From: Pseudomonadota bacterium
Lineage (GTDB): Bacteria; Pseudomonadota; Gammaproteobacteria; Chromatiales; Chromatiaceae
NCBI GenBank assembly: GCA_037130945.1
Contig: JBAXSA010000001.1
Span: forward strand, 1-34,103
DNA length: 34,103 nucleotides
Direction: 5' to 3'
This document shows positions 18,642 to 27,841 of this stretch, one piece after another (the stretch's first letter is position 1; every line of letters starts with the position of its first letter). The position numbers and the translations under genes were made by a program. A model generated the notes under the pieces. The model had not been told where the DNA came from. It did no database searches and worked only from the letters and a program-made list of their open reading frames with translations.

Positions 18642-19187
18642 ATGCCGATGATTATGAGCCGTCCTGTTGTTTTTCTGCTGTCGATTCTGTGTTCGGCATG
18701 GGCTCTTTCCGCGCCCCCCATCCGCCCGCTTAAAACCGCCGTCATCAAGGCGACCACGGGACTCTGCCGCAAGGGCGCGATCTGTCATGTCAACCGGGCG
18801 GGCAAGTGGATTCCCAAAACCCCTGTGGCGATTGTCGCCGTCCTGGTGGCCGAACAGGCGGACGTGACGCTTTACACGGATCTGGAGGTGAGTACCAAGC
18901 CCGAGATGTATATGTGCAACGAAGAAGACGCCACAGGGTGCATTTTTCGCATGAAGTATGTCGGGCCAGGCCTCTTTGATTACGGTGCCCAGTCCGGGAG
19001 TACTTATCTCGGCTCGAATATCACCAACTCCAGCATTAGTTTTCCGGCGGGTTATGGCCTCTTCGTCCCGGCGGGTACCCCGGTCTTCACGCATCTGGAC
19101 GTGCGTAACCAGAGTTTGATCGACCTGAAGGTCGACCAGGATGTCTGGCTGTACTACGTCCCCCTGCCCGCCGGTGATGGCCAGTAA
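18642..19187 (+). CDS. Secreted hypothetical protein (4 Cys), overlapping the moeB start
   Basis: Signal peptide SRPVVFLLSILCSAWALSA. I recognise no family motif. The stop (19185-19187) overlaps the moeB ATG (19177) by 11 nt. The start is ambiguous: ATG 18642, 18648 or 18654. Confidence 0.5.
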   Translation: MPMIMSRPVVFLLSILCSAWALSAPPIRPLKTAVIKATTGLCRKGAICHVNRAGKWIPKTPVAIVAVLVAEQADVTLYTDLEVSTKPEMYMCNEEDATGCIFRMKYVGPGLFDYGAQSGSTYLGSNITNSSISFPAGYGLFVPAGTPVFTHLDVRNQSLIDLKVDQDVWLYYVPLPAGDGQ

Positions 19188-19941
19188 TAGCGACGACGCC
19201 ACCCTGCTGCGGTATAGCCGCCAGATTCTGCTGCCCGAAATCGGCATCGAGGGTCAGGCTCGCCTAAATCGCGGTCATGCCCTGATCATTGGCCTGGGAG
19301 GGCTGGGTTCGCCGATTGCCCTATATCTGGCGGCGGCGGGAATCGGACGGCTGACACTGGCGGATGGGGATCGCGTGGAGTCTTCCAATCTGCAACGTCA
19401 GATTGCCCATAGCGAGGCCCGTTTGGGCGAACTCAAGGTTGAATCAGCCCGGGCCGCAATTGCCGCGATTAATTCCCATTGCGAGGTGCATACGATTCCC
19501 CAGCGGCTGGAGGGAATGAATCTGGCCACGGCGGTCGCCCGTGTGGATGTCGTGCTGGATGGCAGCGACAATTTTGCCACCCGATTTGCCGTCAATGCCG
19601 CCTGCTGGAGCGCCGGCAAACCCCTGATATCAGGTGCGGCGATCCGCTTTGAGGGCCAGGTGTCGGTGTTTCCAGGCCGGCCGGGCGGGCCCTGTTATCG
19701 CTGCCTGTATTCCGATCAGGGACGGGATGACGAGACCTGTACCGCCAATGGCATACTCGCCCCCATTGTGGGCATAGTCGGCTGCATCCAGGCCACGGAA
19801 GCGATCAAACTCCTCACCGGGGCGGGTGAGACGCTGGCCGGGCGTTTGCTGCTGTTTGATGGTTTACGCATGCAATGGCGTGTACTGGGGTTGCGGGCCG
19901 ACCCCGGCTGCCCGGTATGCCAGGGGGGCCGGGGGGACTGA
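19177..19941 (+). CDS. moeB: Molybdopterin-synthase adenylyltransferase (MoeB/ThiF family)
   Basis: The sequence is collinear with E. coli MoeB: LLRYSRQILL, GLGGLGSP, SNLQRQ, SGAAIRFEGQVSVF, and both zinc CxxC pairs (CYRC, CPVC). ATG 19177 gives the canonical N-terminal length. Confidence 0.85.
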   Translation: MASNSDDATLLRYSRQILLPEIGIEGQARLNRGHALIIGLGGLGSPIALYLAAAGIGRLTLADGDRVESSNLQRQIAHSEARLGELKVESARAAIAAINSHCEVHTIPQRLEGMNLATAVARVDVVLDGSDNFATRFAVNAACWSAGKPLISGAAIRFEGQVSVFPGRPGGPCYRCLYSDQGRDDETCTANGILAPIVGIVGCIQATEAIKLLTGAGETLAGRLLLFDGLRMQWRVLGLRADPGCPVCQGGRGD

Positions 19942-19953
19942 GATCCCTTGGGA

Positions 19954-20616
19954 CTATTTTACTTCTTTAACTTCTGGGGATTCCTTGCGAATCAGGTCAT
20001 CCAGCACCAGCATCAATTTGTCGATGCCGCCGGCGCTGACGGGGCTGGCGCGGAATTTACCATTGATGATCAGGCTAGGAACCCCGTTGATACCCATCCG
20101 CTCGCCCATCTGAACAGCTCGTTTGACGTTGCTGTCGACCGCGAAAGAGTGGTAGGCCTCCTGGAATTTTTTTCTATCCACACCGCGCCCTGTCACGAAA
20201 TCCACCAGATCGGCCTCGGTCAGGAGCTTTTGCTTTTTGACATGAATCGCCTCCATGAGGGGATCGTGGATCAGATCCAACACCCCCAGTGATTCGGCGG
20301 CATAATAGACCCGGGCATGGGGCTCCCATTGCGCGCCCAGGATCGCCGGCATCCGGCGAAAATCCACCTGTGGCGGTTTTTTTGCGAGCCAGGCGTTGAG
20401 AACAGGATCCAGCTGAAAACAATGCGGACAGCCGTACCAGAAGAATTCCAGCACCTCGATTCGTGCGGGATTAGCGGTGGGTTGTGCCTGGGGAAGAACC
20501 TGGTAGTCGATGCCTTCATCGGCGGCCAGCGCCGATCCCGCGAGACAGGCGAGCAGCAACAGCCGGGGCAGGTGGGCCAACCAGGGTGAAAAAGGCGCGG
20601 ATAGGGACAGTGTCAT
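19954..20616 (-). CDS. dsbA: Periplasmic thiol:disulfide oxidoreductase DsbA
   Basis: Signal peptide followed by the FWYGCPHCFQLDP active site. The start is set at ATG 20616 (MTLSLS...). The 40 codons upstream in the ORF track are an extension. Confidence 0.85.
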   Translation of the reverse strand: MTLSLSAPFSPWLAHLPRLLLLACLAGSALAADEGIDYQVLPQAQPTANPARIEVLEFFWYGCPHCFQLDPVLNAWLAKKPPQVDFRRMPAILGAQWEPHARVYYAAESLGVLDLIHDPLMEAIHVKKQKLLTEADLVDFVTGRGVDRKKFQEAYHSFAVDSNVKRAVQMGERMGINGVPSLIINGKFRASPVSAGGIDKLMLVLDDLIRKESPEVKEVK

Positions 20617-20826
20617 AGGCCAAACTCTCTCATCAGTGTGGGGTTGAAGAAGTGGAATATTAACCCAGTCAGGCACAAAATGACCCCTTCGATTTGGAAA
20701 ACAACCCAAGGATGCGGGATTCGGCCCGATCCCCATGCAAAATGGGCCGGTTTCAGGTAAATTCTGCGATTCTGTTGAAGCTACCGCCGGTGGCGCTTAA
20801 AACGCCCTGGCCCTGTGAGGACTCTC

Positions 20827-21519
20827 ATGGCACAAGATTTTATTGCACCCTCGATCCTCTCCGCCGACTTTGCCAAACTCGGTCAGGAGGTGGATTGGGT
20901 TCTGACCGCTGGTGCCGACATTGTTCACTTTGACGTGATGGACAATCATTATGTTCCCAATCTCACGATTGGCCCCCTGGTGTGCGAGGCGCTCCGCAAA
21001 CACGGGGTCACGGCCCCGATTGATGTACACCTGATGATTGATCCGGTGGATCGGATCATCCCGGATTTTGCCAAGGCCGGGGCTACCTATATCACCTTTC
21101 ACCCGGAGGCCTCCGGTCACATCGACCGAACCCTGCAACTGATTCACGACTGTGGCTGCCAGGCCGGTTTGGTCTTCAATCCGGCCACTTCACTGAGTTA
21201 TCTGGATTATGTGATGGACAAGATCGACATGGTGCTGATCATGTCGGTGAATCCCGGTTTTGGTGGCCAGAGTTTTATTCCGTTGGCTCTCGAGAAGTTA
21301 AAGCAGGTGCGCCAGCGGATCCTGGCGACCGGTCGTGACATCCGCCTTGAAATCGACGGCGGGGTCAAGACCGACAATATTGCCGAGATTAAGGCCGCCG
21401 GCGCAGATACCTTTGTCTCCGGTTCGGGGATCTTCAGCAAGGCCAGGGATACCGATCCAAATCGCTATGACAGCGTTCTCCGCGAGATGCGTGGGGAGCT
21501 GGCCAAGGTCGTGCGGTGA
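20827..21519 (+). CDS. rpe: Ribulose-phosphate 3-epimerase
   Basis: [28 protein letters not shown] and SVNPGFGGQ motifs. SD GAGGA lies 4 nt upstream of ATG 20827. Confidence 0.9.
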   Translation: MAQDFIAPSILSADFAKLGQEVDWVLTAGADIVHFDVMDNHYVPNLTIGPLVCEALRKHGVTAPIDVHLMIDPVDRIIPDFAKAGATYITFHPEASGHIDRTLQLIHDCGCQAGLVFNPATSLSYLDYVMDKIDMVLIMSVNPGFGGQSFIPLALEKLKQVRQRILATGRDIRLEIDGGVKTDNIAEIKAAGADTFVSGSGIFSKARDTDPNRYDSVLREMRGELAKVVR

Positions 21520-22223
21520 CTCTCGCCGAGGATTTTTTAACGCGCCGGCCCTGGCCGCGCTTGATTCTCATCGACCTCGACGGCACGCTGGTGGACAGCG
21601 CGCCGGATCTGGCCTTTTGCGTTGATGCCATGCTGGAACGTCTGGGCCGCCCGCCCGAAGGCGAAGCCCGGGTTCGGCATTGGGTGGGCAACGGCGTCGA
21701 GCGATTGGTGCGCCGGGCCTTGACGGGACAACTCGATGGCGAACCCAGTGAAACCGAGTTTCAATCCGCCCTGCCCCTCTTCGAGGCTTTTTATGCCGCC
21801 CGACCCTGCCAGGATTCGCGGTTGTATCCGGGAGTCCGGTCAGGGCTTGAGGCTCTCGCACGGATGGGCTATCGGCTGGGCTGTGTCACCAGCAAGGCCG
21901 CCCGATATGCCCTCCCGCTGTTGGAGGCTCTGGGTATTGCGGGTTTTTTTGAGCTGATCGTGGCGGGTGATTCGCTGCCTCGCCAAAAACCCGATCCCTT
22001 GCCGCTGCTACATGCCGCCCGACATTTCGGCGTCGAGCCCCCGGAAGCTCTCATGGTGGGCGATTCCATCAGTGACGTCCAGGCGGCCCGGGCGGCGGGA
22101 TTCACCATTGTTTGCATGAGCTATGGCTACAATCACGGCCAGGACATCCGCCTCACCCGGCCCGACGGGGTGATCGACTCGCTGGTGGCACTGCCCGAAT
22201 GGCTGGAGAAAAGAACCGCATGA
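21516..22223 (+). CDS. gph: Phosphoglycolate phosphatase
   Basis: HAD motifs [11 protein letters not shown] and VGDSISD. GTGA start/stop overlap with rpe. The rpe-gph pairing is conserved in many proteobacteria. Confidence 0.8.
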   Translation: MTLAEDFLTRRPWPRLILIDLDGTLVDSAPDLAFCVDAMLERLGRPPEGEARVRHWVGNGVERLVRRALTGQLDGEPSETEFQSALPLFEAFYAARPCQDSRLYPGVRSGLEALARMGYRLGCVTSKAARYALPLLEALGIAGFFELIVAGDSLPRQKPDPLPLLHAARHFGVEPPEALMVGDSISDVQAARAAGFTIVCMSYGYNHGQDIRLTRPDGVIDSLVALPEWLEKRTA

Positions 22224-22639
22224 ACAAAAATGCCCCATTACCCATGACCTCCAACCGGCCCTACCTGATTCGTGCTTTCTACGAGTGGATCCTTGACAAT
22301 GGTCTGACCCCTCACTTGCTGGTGGACGGCACTCTACAGGGGATTTCGGTTCCCCCGTCCTATGTCAAGGACGGGCAGATCGTTTTCAACATCAGCCCCT
22401 CTGCGGTACGCACCCTCGATATTCAAAACGATGGCATCTATTTTAACGCCCGTTTTGGGGGGATCCCGACGAATATTTTTTTTCCACCCATTGCGGTGCT
22501 GGGTATTTTCGCCCGGGAAAACGGCGTGGGCATGCTGTTTCCGGAAGACGAAACCGCCGATCCGTCTCCAGCCCCTCCGAAGGATCCAGGGCCTTCCAAG
22601 CCCACCCGGGCCCGGCCAGTTCTCAGGCGGGTTAAGTAG
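22220..22639 (+). CDS. sspB: ClpXP adaptor / stringent starvation protein B
   Basis: RPYLIRAFYEWILDNGLTPHLLV matches the E. coli SspB N-terminus. The tail is acidic/Pro-rich and ends in a basic LRRVK ClpX-binding-like motif. ATGA overlap with the gph stop; ATG 22244 is an alternative start. Confidence 0.85.
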   Translation: MNKNAPLPMTSNRPYLIRAFYEWILDNGLTPHLLVDGTLQGISVPPSYVKDGQIVFNISPSAVRTLDIQNDGIYFNARFGGIPTNIFFPPIAVLGIFARENGVGMLFPEDETADPSPAPPKDPGPSKPTRARPVLRRVK

Positions 22640-22654
22640 AGGCTCGTCCCAGCG

Positions 22655-23131
22655 CTATTCGTAGCGCACCTCGATGATCTCCAGCTCACGCTGTCCGCCG
22701 GGGGTTTGCACCATCACCGTATCGCCTTCCTGTTTGCCAATCATCGCCCGGGCGATGGGAGAGGTATAGGAGATGAGGCCCTGCTGGGTATCGGACTCGT
22801 CTTCTCCCACGATCTGATAGCGGTGGGATTCCTCGGTGGTCGTATCCATGACCTCCACAGTGGAGCCAAAGACCACCCGGCCACCCGGATTCACAGTTCG
22901 CACGTCGATGACTTGGGCATTCGACAGCTTATGTTCGATATCCTGAATGCGCCCCTCGATAAAGCTTTGCTGTTCCCGGGAAGAGTGATATTCGGCATTT
23001 TCCTTGAGGTCGCCGTGGGCACGGGCTTCGGCGATGGCCTGGATGATGCGCGGGCGCTCCACACGTTTGAGGTGTTCGAGTTCCTGACGTAATTTCTCGA
23101 CGCCGCGCAGGGTAAGAGGTACCTTTTGCAT
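22655..23131 (-). CDS. greA: Transcription elongation factor GreA
   Basis: 158 aa with the canonical N-terminus ([18 protein letters not shown]...[13 protein letters not shown]). It lies downstream of carB, as in pseudomonads. Confidence 0.95.
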   Translation of the reverse strand: MQKVPLTLRGVEKLRQELEHLKRVERPRIIQAIAEARAHGDLKENAEYHSSREQQSFIEGRIQDIEHKLSNAQVIDVRTVNPGGRVVFGSTVEVMDTTTEESHRYQIVGEDESDTQQGLISYTSPIARAMIGKQEGDTVMVQTPGGQRELEIIEVRYE

Positions 23132-23170
23132 GGAGGTCTCCGGGGCAATGAAAGGGTTTTTGGGGGGTTT

Positions 23171-26100
23171 TTAGACGTAGGGTTGGGAATGAAGATCCTG
23201 GAGCCGGGTGACGTGGCCGGCATCGGGCTGTTTTAAGGCCAGGCAGATGGCCTCGGCCCCGGCAATGGTCGTCGTGTAGCTGACCTTGTATTGTAACGCG
23301 GCCCGCCGCAGGCTGGCGGAGTCGGCGATGGCGATGGCACCCTCGGTGGTGTTGACAATCAGGCGTACCTCCTGGTTCTTGATGAGATCCAGGATATGCG
23401 GCCGGCCCTCGTTGACCTTGTTGATGCGTTGGCAAGAGATCCCGGCGGCCTGAATCACCCGTGCGGTGCCACCCGTGGCCCAGAGGTCGAACCCCAGCGC
23501 CGCCAACTGCCCGGCCACACCTGCGGCGCGGCGTTTGTCGGCATCCCGGACACTGAGAAAGGCCTTGCCCTTGCGCGGCAACCGAGCGCCCGCCCCTTCC
23601 TGGGACTTGGCAAAGGCCTCGCCAAAGGTCTCGCCGATACCCATCACCTCGCCCGTGGATTTCATCTCGGGGCCAAGTACGGTGTCGACACCGGGGAACT
23701 TGATGAAGGGAAACACCGATTCCTTGACGAAATAGCAGCGGGGAATGCGTTCCTGTGTCACGCCCTGCTCGGACAGGCTGCGTCCCACCATGCAGCGGGC
23801 CGCCACCTTGGCCAGCGGGATGCCGGTGGCCTTGGAGACAAAGGGCACCGTGCGAGAGGCCCGGGGATTCACCTCCAGGATGAAGATCCGGTCATTCTGG
23901 ATGGCGAACTGGGCGTTCATGAGACCAATGACGCCCAGTTCCAGGGCCATCTGGCGCATCTGTTCGCGCATTTGATCCTGAAGACTTGGCGACAGGGTGT
24001 AGGGTGGCAGGGAACAGGCCGAATCACCGGAATGAACCCCGGCCTGCTCGATGTGTTCCATGATCCCGCCAATAAATACCTCGGTGCCGTCGCAAATGGC
24101 ATCGACATCGACCTCGATGGCATCGTCGAGGAAGCGATCCAGCAAGACCGGCGAGTCATTGGAGACGCTTACCGCTTCGCGCATGTAACGGCGCAGATCG
24201 GACTCCTGATAGACGATCTCCATGGCCCGGCCACCCAGAACATAAGAGGGGCGAACCACCAGCGGGTAGCCGATCCGGGCGGCTTTGACAACGGCCTCGT
24301 CGGGGCTGCGGGCGGTGGCATTGGGGGGCTGGAGGAGCTTGAGTTTTTCCACCAGACGCTGGAATCGTTCCCGATCCTCGGCCAAATCGATGGAGTTGGG
24401 ACTGGTGCCGATGATCGGTGCGCCCGCAGCCGCCAGATCCCGGGCCAATTTGAGTGGCGTCTGGCCGCCGTATTGCACGACCAACCCCAAGGGCTGTTCG
24501 ACATGGACAATCTCCAGTACGTCCTCCAGGGTTAAGGGCTCAAAATAAAGCCGGTCGGAGGTGTCGTAGTCCGTGGAGACCGTTTCCGGATTACAGTTGA
24601 CCATGATGGTCTCAAAACCATCTTCGCGCAGTGCCAGGGCGGCGTGAACGCAGCAATAATCAAATTCAATACCCTGACCGATGCGGTTGGGGCCTCCCCC
24701 CAGCACCATGATCTTGCGGCGATCCGAAGGATTGGCCTCGCATTCCTCTTCGTAGGTCGAATAGAGATAGGCGGTGCTGGTGGCAAACTCAGCGGCGCAG
24801 GTATCGACCCGCTTAAAAACCGGTCGCACCCCGGCGGCGTGGCGCAGTCTCCGCAATTCGCTCTCGCCGCAATCTGCCAGGTGTCCGAGGCGGCGGTCGG
24901 AAAACCCCCGGCGTTTTAAGCTGCGCAGCCGATTCGGGGTGAGTGCCGCCACGCCTCCCAGACGCACCTGATCCTCGATCTCCACCAATTCCAGCACCTG
25001 ATCGAGGAACCAGGGATCAATCCGCGAGTGCTGATACACCTCTTCCACCGTCATGCCACTGCGGAAGGCGTCCGCGACATAGAGAATCCGTTCGGCTCCC
25101 GCCTGTTTGATTTCGCCGATGAGGCGATCCAAGATATCGGGCAGGGAACGGTCGAGGATCTCGTTCAGCCCATCGCGGCCGGTTTCAAGCCCCCTGAGTG
25201 CCTTCTGCAGGGATTCCTGAAAGGTGCGGCCAATAGCCATGACCTCGCCCACCGATTTCATTTGGGTGGTGAGATGCGGGTTGGCCTGGGGAAATTTCTC
25301 AAAGGCGAAGCGAGGGATCTTGGTAACCACATAGTCGATGGTGGGCTCGAAAGACGCTGGGGTGGCACCGCCGGTGATGTCGTTTTGCAATTCGTCGAGG
25401 GTGTAGCCAATCGCCAGCTTGGCGGCGATCTTGGCGATCGGAAAGCCGGTGGCCTTGGAGGCCAGCGCCGAGGATCGCGACACCCGCGGATTCATTTCGA
25501 TCACCACCATCCGGCCCGTGGCGGGGTCGATGCCGAACTGGACGTTGGAGCCGCCGGTATCGACGCCGATCTCGCGCAGCACCGCGATCGAGGCGTTGCG
25601 CATCAGTTGGTATTCCCGGTCGGTCAGGGTCTGGGCCGGAGCCACCGTGATCGAATCCCCGGTATGGATCCCCATGGGATCGAGATTTTCGATCGAGCAA
25701 ACGATGATGCAGTTATCCTGGCGATCCCGCACCACCTCCATCTCGAATTCCTTCCAGCCGAGCAGGGATTCCTCGATTAGTAACTCCCGGGTGGGGGAGA
25801 GCGCCAGCCCGCGCTGGCAGATCTCGGCAAATTCCTCGTGGTTGTAGGCCACGCCGCCGCCGCTGCCGCCGAGCGTAAAAGACGGCCGGATGATTGCCGG
25901 AAAACCGATCTGGGGCTGAACCTGTTGGGCCTCTTCGAGACTATGGGCGATCACCGAGTGGGGCATGTCGAGGCCGATTTTGCGCATTGCCCGGCGGAAA
26001 CGGTCGCGATCCTCAGCCTTGTCGATGGCCTCGCGGCTGGCCCCGATCAATTCCACCCCAAAGTGCTTCAGGACGCCCTCCCGCGCCAGATCCAAAGCGG

Positions 26101-26392
26101 TATTCAGCGCAGTCTGTCCGCCCATGGTCGGGAGCAGGGCGTCGGGGCGTTCCCGCTGGATGATTCGCTCCAGGGTTCGCCAGTTAACCGGTTCGATGTA
26201 AGTGGCATCGGCCATCTCCGGATCGGTCATGATGGTGGCGGGATTGGAATTGACCAGGATCACCCGGTAGCCTTCCTCGCGCAGCGCCTTGCAGGCCTGA
26301 GCCCCGGAGTAGTCAAACTCGCACGCCTGGCCGATGACGATGGGGCCGGCGCCTATGATCAAAATGCTGTGGAGATCGGTGCGTTTGGGCAT
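23171..26392 (-). CDS. carB: Carbamoyl-phosphate synthase large subunit
   Basis: 1073 aa. N-terminus [27 protein letters not shown], with duplicated ATP-grasp halves and a C-terminal MGS-like domain. Confidence 0.97.
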   Translation of the reverse strand: MPKRTDLHSILIIGAGPIVIGQACEFDYSGAQACKALREEGYRVILVNSNPATIMTDPEMADATYIEPVNWRTLERIIQRERPDALLPTMGGQTALNTALDLAREGVLKHFGVELIGASREAIDKAEDRDRFRRAMRKIGLDMPHSVIAHSLEEAQQVQPQIGFPAIIRPSFTLGGSGGGVAYNHEEFAEICQRGLALSPTRELLIEESLLGWKEFEMEVVRDRQDNCIIVCSIENLDPMGIHTGDSITVAPAQTLTDREYQLMRNASIAVLREIGVDTGGSNVQFGIDPATGRMVVIEMNPRVSRSSALASKATGFPIAKIAAKLAIGYTLDELQNDITGGATPASFEPTIDYVVTKIPRFAFEKFPQANPHLTTQMKSVGEVMAIGRTFQESLQKALRGLETGRDGLNEILDRSLPDILDRLIGEIKQAGAERILYVADAFRSGMTVEEVYQHSRIDPWFLDQVLELVEIEDQVRLGGVAALTPNRLRSLKRRGFSDRRLGHLADCGESELRRLRHAAGVRPVFKRVDTCAAEFATSTAYLYSTYEEECEANPSDRRKIMVLGGGPNRIGQGIEFDYCCVHAALALREDGFETIMVNCNPETVSTDYDTSDRLYFEPLTLEDVLEIVHVEQPLGLVVQYGGQTPLKLARDLAAAGAPIIGTSPNSIDLAEDRERFQRLVEKLKLLQPPNATARSPDEAVVKAARIGYPLVVRPSYVLGGRAMEIVYQESDLRRYMREAVSVSNDSPVLLDRFLDDAIEVDVDAICDGTEVFIGGIMEHIEQAGVHSGDSACSLPPYTLSPSLQDQMREQMRQMALELGVIGLMNAQFAIQNDRIFILEVNPRASRTVPFVSKATGIPLAKVAARCMVGRSLSEQGVTQERIPRCYFVKESVFPFIKFPGVDTVLGPEMKSTGEVMGIGETFGEAFAKSQEGAGARLPRKGKAFLSVRDADKRRAAGVAGQLAALGFDLWATGGTARVIQAAGISCQRINKVNEGRPHILDLIKNQEVRLIVNTTEGAIAIADSASLRRAALQYKVSYTTTIAGAEAICLALKQPDAGHVTRLQDLHSQPYV

Positions 26393-26406
26393 GGCGGTGG
26401 AGGGTT

Positions 26407-27537
26407 CTACTCGGCTTTCATGAGTTCGATAAAATGATCAAAGAGTGGTGCCACATCGTGGGGGCCGGGACTGGCCTCGGGGTGACCCTGGAAGCCGAAG
26501 GCCGGCCGATCCGTCCGGTGGATGCCCTGGAGCGAGGCATCAAACAGCGAGCGGTGGGTGGCACGAAGGTTTGCGGGCAGGCTCGCTTCATCCACCGCAA
26601 AGCCATGGTTTTGGCTGCTGATCATCACCCGGCCGGTATCCAGCGCCACCACCGGGTGGTTGGCACCGTGGTGGCCAAATTTCATCTTGATAGTGCGGGC
26701 ACCACTGGCCAGCCCCAGCAGTTGATGGCCGAGACAGATACCAAAGACCGGTACCCCCCGATCCACCAGTTCGCGGATCGCCGCGATGGCATAGTCGCAG
26801 GGTTCCGGGTCGCCTGGGCCATTGGACAAAAACACCCCGTTGGGGTTTAGTTTCAGGACTTCGGTGGCGGGGGTCTGGGCCGGTACTACAGTCACCCGGC
26901 AACCGCGATCCACCAGCATCCGCAGGATGTTGCGCTTGATGCCGTAATCGTAGGCCACCACCCGGTAGGGAAGGGCGGAGTCCGCCGGTTGGCAAAATCC
27001 CGCGCCCAGCCTCCAAGTGCCCTCACGCCACTCATAGGGCTGTGAAACTGTCACGACCTGGGCGAGATCCATGCCCTTGAGGCCGGGAAAGCCTTGGGCG
27101 GCGCTCAAGGCAGCGGGAATATCCAGTGTCGGCCCGGCCTGGAGGCAGCCATTTTGCGCCCCCTTTTCCCGCAGCAGACGAGTCAGGCGACGGGTGTCCA
27201 GACCCGCAATGGTCGGTACCTGGTGTTTTATGAGGTACTGTCCCAGCGTCTGTTGGCTGCGAAAATTGCTGAGGAGACGTGGCAAGTCGCGAATCACCAG
27301 ACCGGCGGCCTGGACGGCCGGAGATTCCTCGTCCTCGAGGTTGACACCGGTGTTGCCGATGTGCGGATAGGTGAGGGTGACGATCTGGCGGCAATAGGAG
27401 GGATCGGTGAGAATCTCCTGATACCCCGTCATGGCGGTGTTGAAAACCACCTCTCCTACGGATTGCCCCATGGCACCCATCGACTCCCCATGGAACACCG
27501 AGCCGTCTTGCAAAACCAGAACCGCTGGATGCCGCAC
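26407..27537 (-). CDS. carA: Carbamoyl-phosphate synthase small (glutaminase) subunit
   Basis: GTG start. [11 protein letters not shown], the GICLGHQ catalytic Cys motif and a C-terminal HPE are present. carB starts 14 nt downstream. Confidence 0.93.
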   Translation of the reverse strand: MRHPAVLVLQDGSVFHGESMGAMGQSVGEVVFNTAMTGYQEILTDPSYCRQIVTLTYPHIGNTGVNLEDEESPAVQAAGLVIRDLPRLLSNFRSQQTLGQYLIKHQVPTIAGLDTRRLTRLLREKGAQNGCLQAGPTLDIPAALSAAQGFPGLKGMDLAQVVTVSQPYEWREGTWRLGAGFCQPADSALPYRVVAYDYGIKRNILRMLVDRGCRVTVVPAQTPATEVLKLNPNGVFLSNGPGDPEPCDYAIAAIRELVDRGVPVFGICLGHQLLGLASGARTIKMKFGHHGANHPVVALDTGRVMISSQNHGFAVDEASLPANLRATHRSLFDASLQGIHRTDRPAFGFQGHPEASPGPHDVAPLFDHFIELMKAE

Positions 27538-27549
27538 AAATCTACCTGT

Positions 27550-27618
27550 TCAGTCAGAAACACCACACAAGAAAAACGGGAGGGATCCCTTGATCCATCC
27601 CGCTCCAGAAAAGCGCAT
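27550..27618 (-). promoter_or_regulatory. Candidate carA leader peptide (22 codons) reading through an intrinsic terminator hairpin (attenuator)
   Basis: On the minus strand, ATG (27618) encodes MRFSGAGWIKGSLPFFLCGVSD with a stop at 27550-27552. The hairpin is GGGAUGGAUC-AAGG-GAUCCCUCCC (27578-27601; 9 bp plus 1 mismatch), followed by GUUUUUCUUGUGUGGUGUUU. The leader stop is 12 nt upstream of the carA GTG. Confidence 0.45.
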
Positions 27619-27841
27619 TAGAACAGCCCGTCCCCTGACGAGCCGGGGCAAGGAGGCATGATCCCCAATGCCAGACACCTGGAAATGGTAACCGAAGCGG
27701 CAGGATTTTCCCATTAATAACCGCCACGGCGGAAAGCACGTCCGCCATCTTTTCATTACAATAGCCGCCCACCCTGTGTAAGGCGCACTGTGTGAACACC
27801 GCGAGATTCCATTTTTTCCCGATTTCGTAGCGAATACTGTT

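Noticed and set aside
23396-26437. Several long plus-strand ORFs (379, 250 and 199 aa) opposite carB
   Set aside because: carB on the minus strand is unambiguous over its full 1073 aa. The plus-strand ORFs are Gly/Arg/Asp-rich shadow frames.
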